64,000 nt of DNA from Pseudomonadota bacterium. GTDB lineage: Bacteria > Pseudomonadota > Alphaproteobacteria > Caulobacterales > Hyphomonadaceae. The stretch lies in the NCBI GenBank assembly GCA_039033355.1, contig JBCCCT010000001.1, positions 5,893 to 69,892 on the forward strand. The letters run 5' to 3'. The number at the start of each line of letters is the position of its first letter. Positions within the stretch are counted from its first letter, which is position 1. Positions 28,414-36,751 of the stretch are shown piece after piece. The position numbers and the translations under genes are program-made. The notes below the pieces were generated by a model. That model did no database searches, was not told the DNA's origin, and worked only from the letters and a program-made list of their open reading frames with translations.

Positions 28414-29301
28414 ATGTTGAATTGGCCGCGAACCTTTTTTCGCTTTTTTAGGCGAAACCTCCAAGATTTGGTGGAACGGATTTCGCGTGCGACTCAACGC
28501 CGGCTGAATTTTGGCACTCCCACCTCGACCAAATCGCCGGACAAACCAGCCATCACCGCGCAAGTCTCGACCGAGGTGCCTGACGGAATTTTGGACGAGG
28601 CGACGCTGATCTATGCCATTGGCGATATCCATGGCCGGGCAGATTTATTGGCCAATCTACTCGACCGGATCGATCAGGATGCAACCGGTTTTTTGGGCGA
28701 CGTCCATATCGTTTTTCTAGGTGACTATATCGATCGGGGATTTCAATCACGTCAGGTCGTGGAAATCCTGCTGAGCGAGCGCTTGAATCCGTATCGAACA
28801 CACTTTCTGAAGGGCAATCATGAAGACGCGCTCCTTTCCTTCTTGTCGGATGCCGATTTCGGTCCGAAATGGGCCGCTTATGGCGGCCGCGAAACGATGG
28901 TGTCCTATGGTGTAAAGCCGCCGCGGAGCATGAGTCTGAATCCGGAATGGGAAACGGCGCATAACGAGTTTTTGAAGAGTTTTCCGAACGCTCACCTGCT
29001 TTTCTTCCGCGGCTTGCCCACGCGTGTGAAGATAGGTGGATATGGATTTGTGCATGCCGGTATGCGTCCGGGGCGTAGCTTTGATGAGCAAAACGATTAT
29101 GATCTTATGTGGATCAGGGACGAATTTTTGCGCGGGGACTCGACTTTTGACGTCAAAGTCGTCCACGGGCACACGCCAACGGATGCGCCGTACAATGATG
29201 CGCGACGAATTAATGTCGATACCGGCGCATATTTTACAGGCCGTTTGACGGCCGTGAAACTGACAGGACAAACGGTAGAATTTATCGCTACCCAAACTTG
29301 A
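28414..29301 (+). CDS. PPP-family metallophosphoesterase (second paralog) with a basic ~65-aa N-terminal extension
   Basis: GDIHG, GDYIDRG, GNHE and VHGHTP motifs. It lies directly upstream (24 nt) of the wza-like gene. The start is uncertain because there is no clear SD. Confidence 0.75.
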   Translation: MLNWPRTFFRFFRRNLQDLVERISRATQRRLNFGTPTSTKSPDKPAITAQVSTEVPDGILDEATLIYAIGDIHGRADLLANLLDRIDQDATGFLGDVHIVFLGDYIDRGFQSRQVVEILLSERLNPYRTHFLKGNHEDALLSFLSDADFGPKWAAYGGRETMVSYGVKPPRSMSLNPEWETAHNEFLKSFPNAHLLFFRGLPTRVKIGGYGFVHAGMRPGRSFDEQNDYDLMWIRDEFLRGDSTFDVKVVHGHTPTDAPYNDARRINVDTGAYFTGRLTAVKLTGQTVEFIATQT

Positions 29302-29325
29302 GGAATTGAGAGGAAGTACAGAAAG

Positions 29326-29898
29326 ATGCGCTTAGGAATCAGTATCGCACTTGCAACCATGTTGATTGTTGGCGCCTGCCAATCGAGCGCGCCTGCGCGC
29401 GATGTGAGCGGAAGTGACGCGATATCGCAGCGGGTTGTAGGTGACTATCGTCTCGGCGCTTCGGATCAGATCCGTATCACTGTGTTTGGTGAGCCCGAAC
29501 TCTCCGGGGAGTATCTTCTGGATGGCTCTGGTACGGTCTCCCTGCCCTTGATCGGCGAGGTCACCGCCCTGGATCTGACCATTCGCGAGTTCGAGGCGGC
29601 CATCGCGGACGGTTATTCGAATGGCTATTTACGGGATCCACGCGTGAATGCGGAAGTGATGAATTATCGGCCCTTCTACATTCTCGGCGAAGTCCGCACA
29701 CCAGGTGAATATCCCTATAGCAGTGGCCTGACCGTCTTGAACGCGGTGGCCACCGCCGGGGGTTTTACGTATCGCGCAAATGATGACGTGATCCTGATCC
29801 GCGGCGCTGATGATACGCAGGAAACTCGCGTCCGGCTGGATCCAAACACGCCGATTCTTCCAGGCGACACCATTCGCGTAATGGAGAAGTTTTTCTAG
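29326..29898 (+). CDS. Short outer-membrane polysaccharide export (OPX, Wza-like) lipoprotein
   Basis: Lipobox LIVGAC, a Poly_export region (YRLGASDQIRITVFGEPELSGEY..DGSGTVSLPLIG) and one SLBB-like domain (FYILGEVRTPGEYPY). At only 190 aa it has no room for a C-terminal OM-spanning helix. Confidence 0.85.
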   Translation: MRLGISIALATMLIVGACQSSAPARDVSGSDAISQRVVGDYRLGASDQIRITVFGEPELSGEYLLDGSGTVSLPLIGEVTALDLTIREFEAAIADGYSNGYLRDPRVNAEVMNYRPFYILGEVRTPGEYPYSSGLTVLNAVATAGGFTYRANDDVILIRGADDTQETRVRLDPNTPILPGDTIRVMEKFF

Positions 29899-29985
29899 GA
29901 CAGCTCGCGTCAATCGAGAGTCTCGTTTGGCCGGTGCGTCAAACTTGGTATTATGTAAGGTAGAGAATAAAGGGTGAACAGGATT

Positions 29986-30453
29986 ATGAGTAGAGTAATA
30001 GCATCTATAATAGTGGCATCGGGATTGACCTTGACAGCCTTGGCAGACCAGCCCGATCGCATCGAGCAGACGGGTGAAGCGCTGGCCTGGACAGTGGCGG
30101 CATATGGGTCTTGCGAAGATGAAAACCAATTGCAGGTGGATTTCAAACAGGAAGCAGCGACGCTCCAATCAGACTTCACCGAAGTCATGGCAGCCCTGGC
30201 CATTTTGTCTGACGCCAATAATGTTTGTGGCATGAAAACCACATTTGCGATCGACATGCAGCAGCTCGCGACGACTGATATGAAGTCGTTTGAAGCGAAA
30301 TTGTTGACCTTTGAAGATCCACCAGAGCCTGTCTTTGGTTCAGATCAACCGGAAGGAGCGGGCGAATCTCATGCGAGCGTCATTCTGGAGGCGGCGAGCA
30401 CACCTCCGCCAGAAAGCAGCGGCGCACCGTCCAGCGAGTCGGATTACCAGTGA
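29986..30453 (+). CDS. Secreted hypothetical protein
   Basis: Signal peptide MSRVIASIIVASGLTLTALA and a low-complexity P/S-rich C-terminus. The start is either GTG at 29974 or ATG at 29986. Confidence 0.5.
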   Translation: MSRVIASIIVASGLTLTALADQPDRIEQTGEALAWTVAAYGSCEDENQLQVDFKQEAATLQSDFTEVMAALAILSDANNVCGMKTTFAIDMQQLATTDMKSFEAKLLTFEDPPEPVFGSDQPEGAGESHASVILEAASTPPPESSGAPSSESDYQ

Positions 30454-30458
30454 TCTAG

Positions 30459-30485
30459 ATCCGGCCTTCGGGCCGGATATTTTTT
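30459..30485 (+). terminator. Rho-independent terminator
   Basis: ATCCGGCC-TTCG-GGCCGGAT (8-bp stem) followed by ATTTTTT, 6 nt after the stop of the preceding ORF. Confidence 0.65.
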
Positions 30486-30574
30486 AAGAATTCACTGGCA
30501 TTAAGAGCGTCGATACGTTTTTACGTCAAACCCAAGGCTGGGAATTGGGAAAATTAGAGTTAGGCACGAAACCA

Positions 30575-31840
30575 ATGACACACCGTGATATCAAATTTGG
30601 CGCTCTGATTGCGCTGAGCTTCGCTTTGGGGACTGGCACAGTCGCGGCGCAGGAAGACGAAGACTTCTTCATCCGGGATAAGTATGAAGCAGTTACCGAA
30701 CGGGCACAGCCCGAGTTCGATCCACTACCAGTTCGCGTGGGTGCATTCGAAGCGCGTCCGCAAGCTGGCTTCTCTGCTGGTTTTACCGACAACCTGTTCG
30801 CGACCACGGCAAACGAAACCGATGACACATTTGTCGGCTTCACCCCAAGTGTTGAGCTAGACTCAACCTGGAGCCGTCATGCACTCGGTTTCAATCTCGA
30901 TCTTGACCATCTCGAATATACTGATGTGAGTTCAGAGAGTCGGACAAATCTGGGGCTAGGCGCCGAAGGCCGCGTGGATGCGAGCAATGCAGTCGCCTTG
31001 TTTGGATCTGTGCGTTTCGATGATTTGACTGAACCACGCTCGAATATTGCAAGTTTGCAAAATGCGGCCGAGCCTGTTGAATTCAGCCGCGTTGGCGGCG
31101 AAGCCGGTTTTCTCTACCAATCCGGTCGAATCAGGATTCGCACCGCTGCAGGCCTGGTGACTTTCGACTTCGACGATATCGAACTCGATGGCGGCTTGAT
31201 CCAGGATCAGGATTTTCGCGATCGCGATGAAACCACCATCTCAAGTCGGTTCTCTTATGCGGTCGAACGGGACTGGGCAGTGTTCGCGGAAGCTGTTTAC
31301 ACCGATAATGACTATGACCCGCCAAATATCTTCAACGCGTTCAATCGTGACTCTCAAGGCACAGCATTGCGCGTTGGGTCGGATTTTGAACTCGCCAGTC
31401 TGTTGCGCGGCGATATCGGCGTGGGCTATCAGCAATATGAGTATGACGATCCGTCCTTCTCCGATGTTGATGGCGTTTCAGTTGTCGGCAATCTGCAATG
31501 GTTCGTGACACAACTCACAACGATCTCCGGCAATGCCCAGCGCAATGTTATCGATCCAGGCCTGGTGCTGAGTAACGCTGCGGTTGAAACCAGTATCTCT
31601 GGACGTGCCGATCATGAATTGCGACGCAACCTGATTCTCACGGGTGAAGCGCGATTCACCAATTTCGATTTCGAGAACATCGCCCGAGATGATGACAGAT
31701 TCACCGCCAGAGTTGGTGCAACCTGGAAAATTAACCCAAATATCTGGTTAGATGGCTCTTATGAGTTGACTGACCAATCCTCAAACGTGCAAGATTTCTC
31801 AGAAAATCGCGTGCTGTTTGGCCTGCGCATTTTCCCGTAA
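30575..31840 (+). CDS. Outer-membrane beta-barrel protein (Wzp-like candidate partner of the short OPX)
   Basis: Signal peptide MTHRDIKFGALIALSFALGTGTVAAQ. The sequence shows alternating amphipathic beta-strand patterning with many D/N/G turns, and an aromatic C-terminal strand (VLFGLRIFP). The track start (TTG at 30545) is less likely. Confidence 0.6.
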   Translation: MTHRDIKFGALIALSFALGTGTVAAQEDEDFFIRDKYEAVTERAQPEFDPLPVRVGAFEARPQAGFSAGFTDNLFATTANETDDTFVGFTPSVELDSTWSRHALGFNLDLDHLEYTDVSSESRTNLGLGAEGRVDASNAVALFGSVRFDDLTEPRSNIASLQNAAEPVEFSRVGGEAGFLYQSGRIRIRTAAGLVTFDFDDIELDGGLIQDQDFRDRDETTISSRFSYAVERDWAVFAEAVYTDNDYDPPNIFNAFNRDSQGTALRVGSDFELASLLRGDIGVGYQQYEYDDPSFSDVDGVSVVGNLQWFVTQLTTISGNAQRNVIDPGLVLSNAAVETSISGRADHELRRNLILTGEARFTNFDFENIARDDDRFTARVGATWKINPNIWLDGSYELTDQSSNVQDFSENRVLFGLRIFP

Positions 31841-31911
31841 GAGCAGGGTGTAATTTAGGCCCGAGTCTTGCTCATCAGAGCAAGACTCTGTGCCATTGAG
31901 GGAAGTAGATT

Positions 31912-34167
31912 GTGAACAAGCCGTTTCGCCTAGCCGCCCGTGATCAGTCGCGGGCGGTCTATCATTCAGAATATGGGCTCCCGAGCGAAGACAAGATCAC
32001 GGATCCTAATCAGGTTCTTCGTGCTTTTCGGCGACGCCTGCCCTTATTCTTCATCACCTTGCTCACAGTTTTTGGTGCGGTTGCAGCCTGGACGTTCCAG
32101 GCAACCCCGGTCTTCTCGACCAGTGCCTCTGTCATTATTGATGCCCGCGAAACCAATGTGGTCGATTTTGGCTCAGTTTTGTCCGGCTTGCCGCCAGACT
32201 CTGCAGTTGTCGATACGGAAGTTGAGATTATTCGATCGCGCACACTTGCTGAGAAAATCGTTCGACGTCTCGATCTCGTGAATTCGCCGGAATTTAACTC
32301 GCGCTTGCGTGAACCAGGTACAATGGATCAATTCCGGGCCGGGCTTAAGTCGGTCCTGAATGGGGTTTTTAGTGGTCCGGATGCGCCGGAAGCGCCAGTC
32401 GATTCCGAAACGGCGGCCCGCGCCGAGATGGATGGCGTGGTCGATGCATTCCTGTCCAGGACGGGCGCATATCGAATTGGCACGACTTACGGGATCGCCA
32501 TTTCAGCCAGCAGCACCAATCCTCGTTTGGCGGCTTCGATCGCGAATGAGGTTGCTGACCAATATCTGCTCGAACAGCTGGATGCGAAATATGAAGCGAC
32601 ACGACGCGCCAACGCCTGGATCGAGGATCGTTTGGCTGAGTTGCGTGAAGAGCTGAACAATGCCGAAAGTCTGGTCGAAGCCTATCGATCGGCATCCGGC
32701 CTGTTCACGTCTGGTGCCACAACGCTCAACGAACAACAGATGACGGACCTCAATGCGCAGTTGATTGTGCAGCGGGCGGACCTGGCCGAGCGCGAGGCAC
32801 GCCTGGAATCTGTGCGGCAGATCGCCCAGCGTGGTGGATCCGCCGCCGCGAGTTCTGAAGCCCTGCAGTCGCCAGTCATCGCAGACCTGCGTCGTCAGCA
32901 AGCCGAGATCAATCGCGAAAAGGCCGATCTGGAAAACCGCTATTTGCCGAACCACCCTGAGATCCAGCGGATCAATCAGGAAATCGCCAACGTGAATTCC
33001 GAGATCCAAAGTGAAATTCGCCGGATCGTCTCGAACCTGGAAAGCGAAGTTACAATTGCGCGCCAACGCCTGAACAGCCTGGAGCGAAACCTGTCCACCA
33101 TGCGAGCCACCCTCGCCGAGAATAATAGAGCCAGCGTGCGTTTGCGCGAGCTGGAGCGAAATGCAGAAGCGTCACGCACCACTTATGAGACTTATCTCGA
33201 ACGGTATAAGCAGATTGATGATCAGGAAGATCTGGCCCAGGCGGATGCACGTATTCTGTCGCGCGCTACGGTTCCCGGCGCACCTTCTTTCCCCAAAACG
33301 TCTTTGAATTTGGTGATCGGGGTGATCCTGGGCGGCATGTTTGGCATTCTTGTCGTCATCATCACGGAGTCTTTGAACAGTCAGATCAGTACCGGCGACG
33401 ATGTCGAAGCCAATTTCAAGGTTCCGTTCCTTGGCAATTTCCCGCAACTCAAGGGTCAGGGCCGAAAGGATCCGGCCGACTATCTCGTCAACAACCCGAT
33501 GTCGAGTTATGCGGAAGCTTTGCGAAACTTACGCGCCTCGCTTCTGTTTGCCGATCTGGATTCGACGATCAAGACCGTGGCCATCACCTCGTCGCAGCCC
33601 AATGAAGGTAAGTCGACTCTGACCTATGGGCTCGGTCGAATGTCCGCCATGTCGGGGACAAAAACCTTGATCATTGATGGCGACTTCCGTCGTCGCCAAT
33701 TGTCGGTCGCAACTGTAGGTGATGAGCCGGTCAATGGCTTCCTGGAATGTCTGTTTGGCGAATGCTCGCTGGAAGAGGCGATCATGAAAGACAACAAGAC
33801 TGACTTGCATATTCTTCCATTGACCGCCGACCGTCACACACCACGGGATGTATTCGGGTCTCGGGTCTTTGACGAGATTCTGGAGCGCCTGAAACAGGAA
33901 TATGATCTGATCATTTTTGACACAGGTCCAATTCTATTGATGGCTGAAACACGGGTCCTGACCAGCAAGGTGGATCAGGTTGTCGTCGTCGCACGCTGGT
34001 TGAAGACCAACCGTGCCGCGCTTAAGCAGACCCTGTCTATTCTCACTGATTTCGGTGCGACTGTGACCGGCATTGCGATCAATCGCGTCGATGTCGATAA
34101 GTACCATCGCCAAGGCTATGGTCACTCGGGATATCGATCATACTCGAAATATTACTCGAACGGCTAA
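31912..34167 (+). CDS. Polysaccharide co-polymerase / BY-type tyrosine autokinase (Wzc/ExoP/GumC-like)
   Basis: A Wzz-like N-terminal domain with two TM helices and a long coiled periplasmic region. The C-terminal P-loop domain carries Walker A SSQPNEGKST, A' LIIDGDFRRR and B LIIFDTGP, and ends in the tyrosine cluster YHRQGYGHSGYRSYSKYYSNG. GTG start. Confidence 0.85.
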   Translation: MNKPFRLAARDQSRAVYHSEYGLPSEDKITDPNQVLRAFRRRLPLFFITLLTVFGAVAAWTFQATPVFSTSASVIIDARETNVVDFGSVLSGLPPDSAVVDTEVEIIRSRTLAEKIVRRLDLVNSPEFNSRLREPGTMDQFRAGLKSVLNGVFSGPDAPEAPVDSETAARAEMDGVVDAFLSRTGAYRIGTTYGIAISASSTNPRLAASIANEVADQYLLEQLDAKYEATRRANAWIEDRLAELREELNNAESLVEAYRSASGLFTSGATTLNEQQMTDLNAQLIVQRADLAEREARLESVRQIAQRGGSAAASSEALQSPVIADLRRQQAEINREKADLENRYLPNHPEIQRINQEIANVNSEIQSEIRRIVSNLESEVTIARQRLNSLERNLSTMRATLAENNRASVRLRELERNAEASRTTYETYLERYKQIDDQEDLAQADARILSRATVPGAPSFPKTSLNLVIGVILGGMFGILVVIITESLNSQISTGDDVEANFKVPFLGNFPQLKGQGRKDPADYLVNNPMSSYAEALRNLRASLLFADLDSTIKTVAITSSQPNEGKSTLTYGLGRMSAMSGTKTLIIDGDFRRRQLSVATVGDEPVNGFLECLFGECSLEEAIMKDNKTDLHILPLTADRHTPRDVFGSRVFDEILERLKQEYDLIIFDTGPILLMAETRVLTSKVDQVVVVARWLKTNRAALKQTLSILTDFGATVTGIAINRVDVDKYHRQGYGHSGYRSYSKYYSNG

Positions 34168-34232
34168 AGGCGGTTTCAATGGCGGGAGGCTTGCATGCTT
34201 CCTGTCACTGAATGCAATTTTGAGGCACGGCA

Positions 34233-35120
34233 ATGGGTGAACAATCAACGATCGTAGTGGGTGTTGCGACCCTGGGGCGGCCAGATGATGTCGCCGATCT
34301 GCTCGAGGGCTTGCAGAAGCAAACCCGTATGGCCACCAAGGTCGTCCTTTCCGTCACAGATATGGAAAAAGACGCACCACCGGAAGAAAAGCGCTTTGGC
34401 GCCGAGGTCCTGATTGGCAGCAAGGGATTGTGTGCGCAGCGCAATCGAATTCTCGAAAAAGTCGGCCACGATTACGACTATCTGGTCTTCTTTGATGATG
34501 ATTACATTCCATCAAAATCGGCCATTGAAGGTGTGATCGACTTCTTCGATACCAATCCTGACGTGGTTGGCATTACGGGTCACTTGCTGGCGGATGGTAT
34601 TCTCGGACCAGGCATTACGCGCGATGAGGCCGTTGCTCTAATCGAGGCGTTTGATGCTGAGCCAGCCCCCGCGCCGACGCGGGTCAATGGCCTGCGCGGT
34701 TTGTATGGCTGTAACATGGCCTACCGTCTGTCAGCGATCGAAACCGAAAGGTTCGATGAAAAACTGCCACTCTATGGCTGGCAGGAAGATGTGGATTTTT
34801 CGAACCGTTTGATGGCGAAAGGTGATCTGGTGGAAACCAATGCGTTTGTCGGCGTGCATCGCGGCACCAAACGCTCGCGTTCACCAGGCAAGAAATTGGG
34901 CTATTCGCAAGTCGCCAACCCGCTTTACCTCGTCAAGAAAGGGTCCATGAGTCGAGGCCGCGCCTATAAACTGATGATCAAGAACCTGATCGCCAATCAT
35001 GTGAAAATCATGACTCCGGAGCCATGGGTCGATCGCGTCGGTCGCGCAAATGGCAATTGGCATGCCTTGTTTGATCTGCTGCGCGGCAAAATGGACCCGC
35101 AAAAGATCAACTCGCTCTGA
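34233..35120 (+). CDS. GT2-like glycosyltransferase
   Basis: IVVGVATLGRPD and the DxD context LVFFDDDYIP. 295 aa, soluble. Confidence 0.7.
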   Translation: MGEQSTIVVGVATLGRPDDVADLLEGLQKQTRMATKVVLSVTDMEKDAPPEEKRFGAEVLIGSKGLCAQRNRILEKVGHDYDYLVFFDDDYIPSKSAIEGVIDFFDTNPDVVGITGHLLADGILGPGITRDEAVALIEAFDAEPAPAPTRVNGLRGLYGCNMAYRLSAIETERFDEKLPLYGWQEDVDFSNRLMAKGDLVETNAFVGVHRGTKRSRSPGKKLGYSQVANPLYLVKKGSMSRGRAYKLMIKNLIANHVKIMTPEPWVDRVGRANGNWHALFDLLRGKMDPQKINSL

Positions 35121-35179
35121 CATCTGATGATGCTGCGTCCTTCTCTGCTGTCCCGAATTGAACCGATCGGAGTCACCCT

Positions 35180-36661
35180 GTGTCTCTGATTGGACTGATC
35201 TTTATCGCTTTGGCCGCAGCAGCGGTCTTCCGCTCACAGATGGCGGCGCTGTCTGTGATGGGTATCGCCGCCTTGTTTCAAGCTGCGACGGTCATGGATC
35301 TGGGCATGGCCACCATTCCGCCCGGCCATGTGACACTGGCCTTTTTTATTCTGGCTGTAGTATTGCGGGTCAATGGTCTTGGGGTGGCGGTGTCAGCTCT
35401 GGTCTATCCAAGGGCCGGTTTCTTCCTCGCCATGCTGGTGGGGTGGGCGGTGATTTCAGGCTTTGTCCTGCCGCGTGCCTTTGCCGGCATGGTTCAGGTC
35501 ATCCCGCTGAACCTGATTGGCGACTATTTCGTCAAAGTGCCGCTCTTCCCCCGGTCCGCAAACTTGAATCAATCGGTCTATTTCATCGGTAATCTTTGTG
35601 CATTCCTGTTTGTCTTCGGGATGATGAAAAGCCCGGGCATGTTGAAAAAGGCGGCTGGTGCAGGGTTGATCATTTGCGGGGCCAATATGGCGATTGCGGT
35701 TCTCGACTCATTTACGTTTGCCATCGGTCAGCCCAACCTCCTGGATTTCATGCGGAACGCTGGTTACTCGCAATTATTCGGTGCGACCGTTATGGGTCTC
35801 AAGAGAATGACCGGGTCCTTCACCGAGGCTTCAGCCTTCTCGGCCATGGCGGTTGGCCTGTTCGCCTTCGCGTTCCGATTGTGGCGCGGCGGTGTTTACA
35901 CAAAATGGTCCGGCCCGCTTGCCATGGCTTTGGCCCTGGGCGTGGTGCTCGCCTTTTCGTCGACCGGATTTGTCGCCTTCGGAGTCTATTTCATTGTCAC
36001 GTACTCCCTGAACCTCGTTTCGCAAGAAGGTGGCGGCGGAATTGCCGGCGCGCAATCACGCCGCATGTTCTTCGTGTCTCTGGCGCCGATTGGCGCTCTG
36101 GCGATCGCCGTCCTGGTCGCACTGCGGCCGGATGTGCTGGACCCTGTGGTTGAACTGTTTGACAGTTCCATCGTCACCAAGTTGTCGAGTGCCAGCGGTC
36201 AGGAGCGGATGGCCTGGAATCTGAGCGGGATCAGCAACTTTTTCAGCACCTTTGGCCTTGGTGTGGGTCTCGGATCGGTGCGGACGTCGAGCTTCCTGGT
36301 CTCCGTGCCGGCCAATCTCGGCGTGATCGGCATCCTGCTCTATGGTGCTTTCTTTTATCGGCTCTTCTTCTCGTCCAATGGACAACGCTGGGGTCATATC
36401 GACCCTGAGAGTGAGCAGATCGTTGCCGCCGCCCGATCCTCCTGTTTTGCCCTGTTGATCGCCGCTGCTGTATCGTCTTCGACGATGGATCTCGGCCTGA
36501 TCTTTCACATAATGGCAGGCATTGCCTGTTCATCACCGGCCTATTTCCTGCGCCAGAGCGCGCGTGGCCCGGGCCCCGTTGAGGCGGCGGAGTATGACGG
36601 CTTGGGGAATGTCCAAGGCCTCGATGGCTATCCAGGTAACTTCAATCAACCGCCGCGTTAG
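35180..36661 (+). CDS. Polytopic membrane protein, second Wzy-type polymerase candidate
   Basis: 493 aa with about 11-12 hydrophobic helices. GTG start. I saw no recognisable catalytic motif, so the call rests on topology and context only. Confidence 0.5.
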   Translation: MSLIGLIFIALAAAAVFRSQMAALSVMGIAALFQAATVMDLGMATIPPGHVTLAFFILAVVLRVNGLGVAVSALVYPRAGFFLAMLVGWAVISGFVLPRAFAGMVQVIPLNLIGDYFVKVPLFPRSANLNQSVYFIGNLCAFLFVFGMMKSPGMLKKAAGAGLIICGANMAIAVLDSFTFAIGQPNLLDFMRNAGYSQLFGATVMGLKRMTGSFTEASAFSAMAVGLFAFAFRLWRGGVYTKWSGPLAMALALGVVLAFSSTGFVAFGVYFIVTYSLNLVSQEGGGGIAGAQSRRMFFVSLAPIGALAIAVLVALRPDVLDPVVELFDSSIVTKLSSASGQERMAWNLSGISNFFSTFGLGVGLGSVRTSSFLVSVPANLGVIGILLYGAFFYRLFFSSNGQRWGHIDPESEQIVAAARSSCFALLIAAAVSSSTMDLGLIFHIMAGIACSSPAYFLRQSARGPGPVEAAEYDGLGNVQGLDGYPGNFNQPPR

Positions 36662-36751
36662 GTCACGACGCTGGTTCTGACCGCGACGGTTTCCCGTTTG
36701 AAGGCATAACTGTAAACTCTATGCGACTGAGCGCCAGCGGTGATATCTGGT

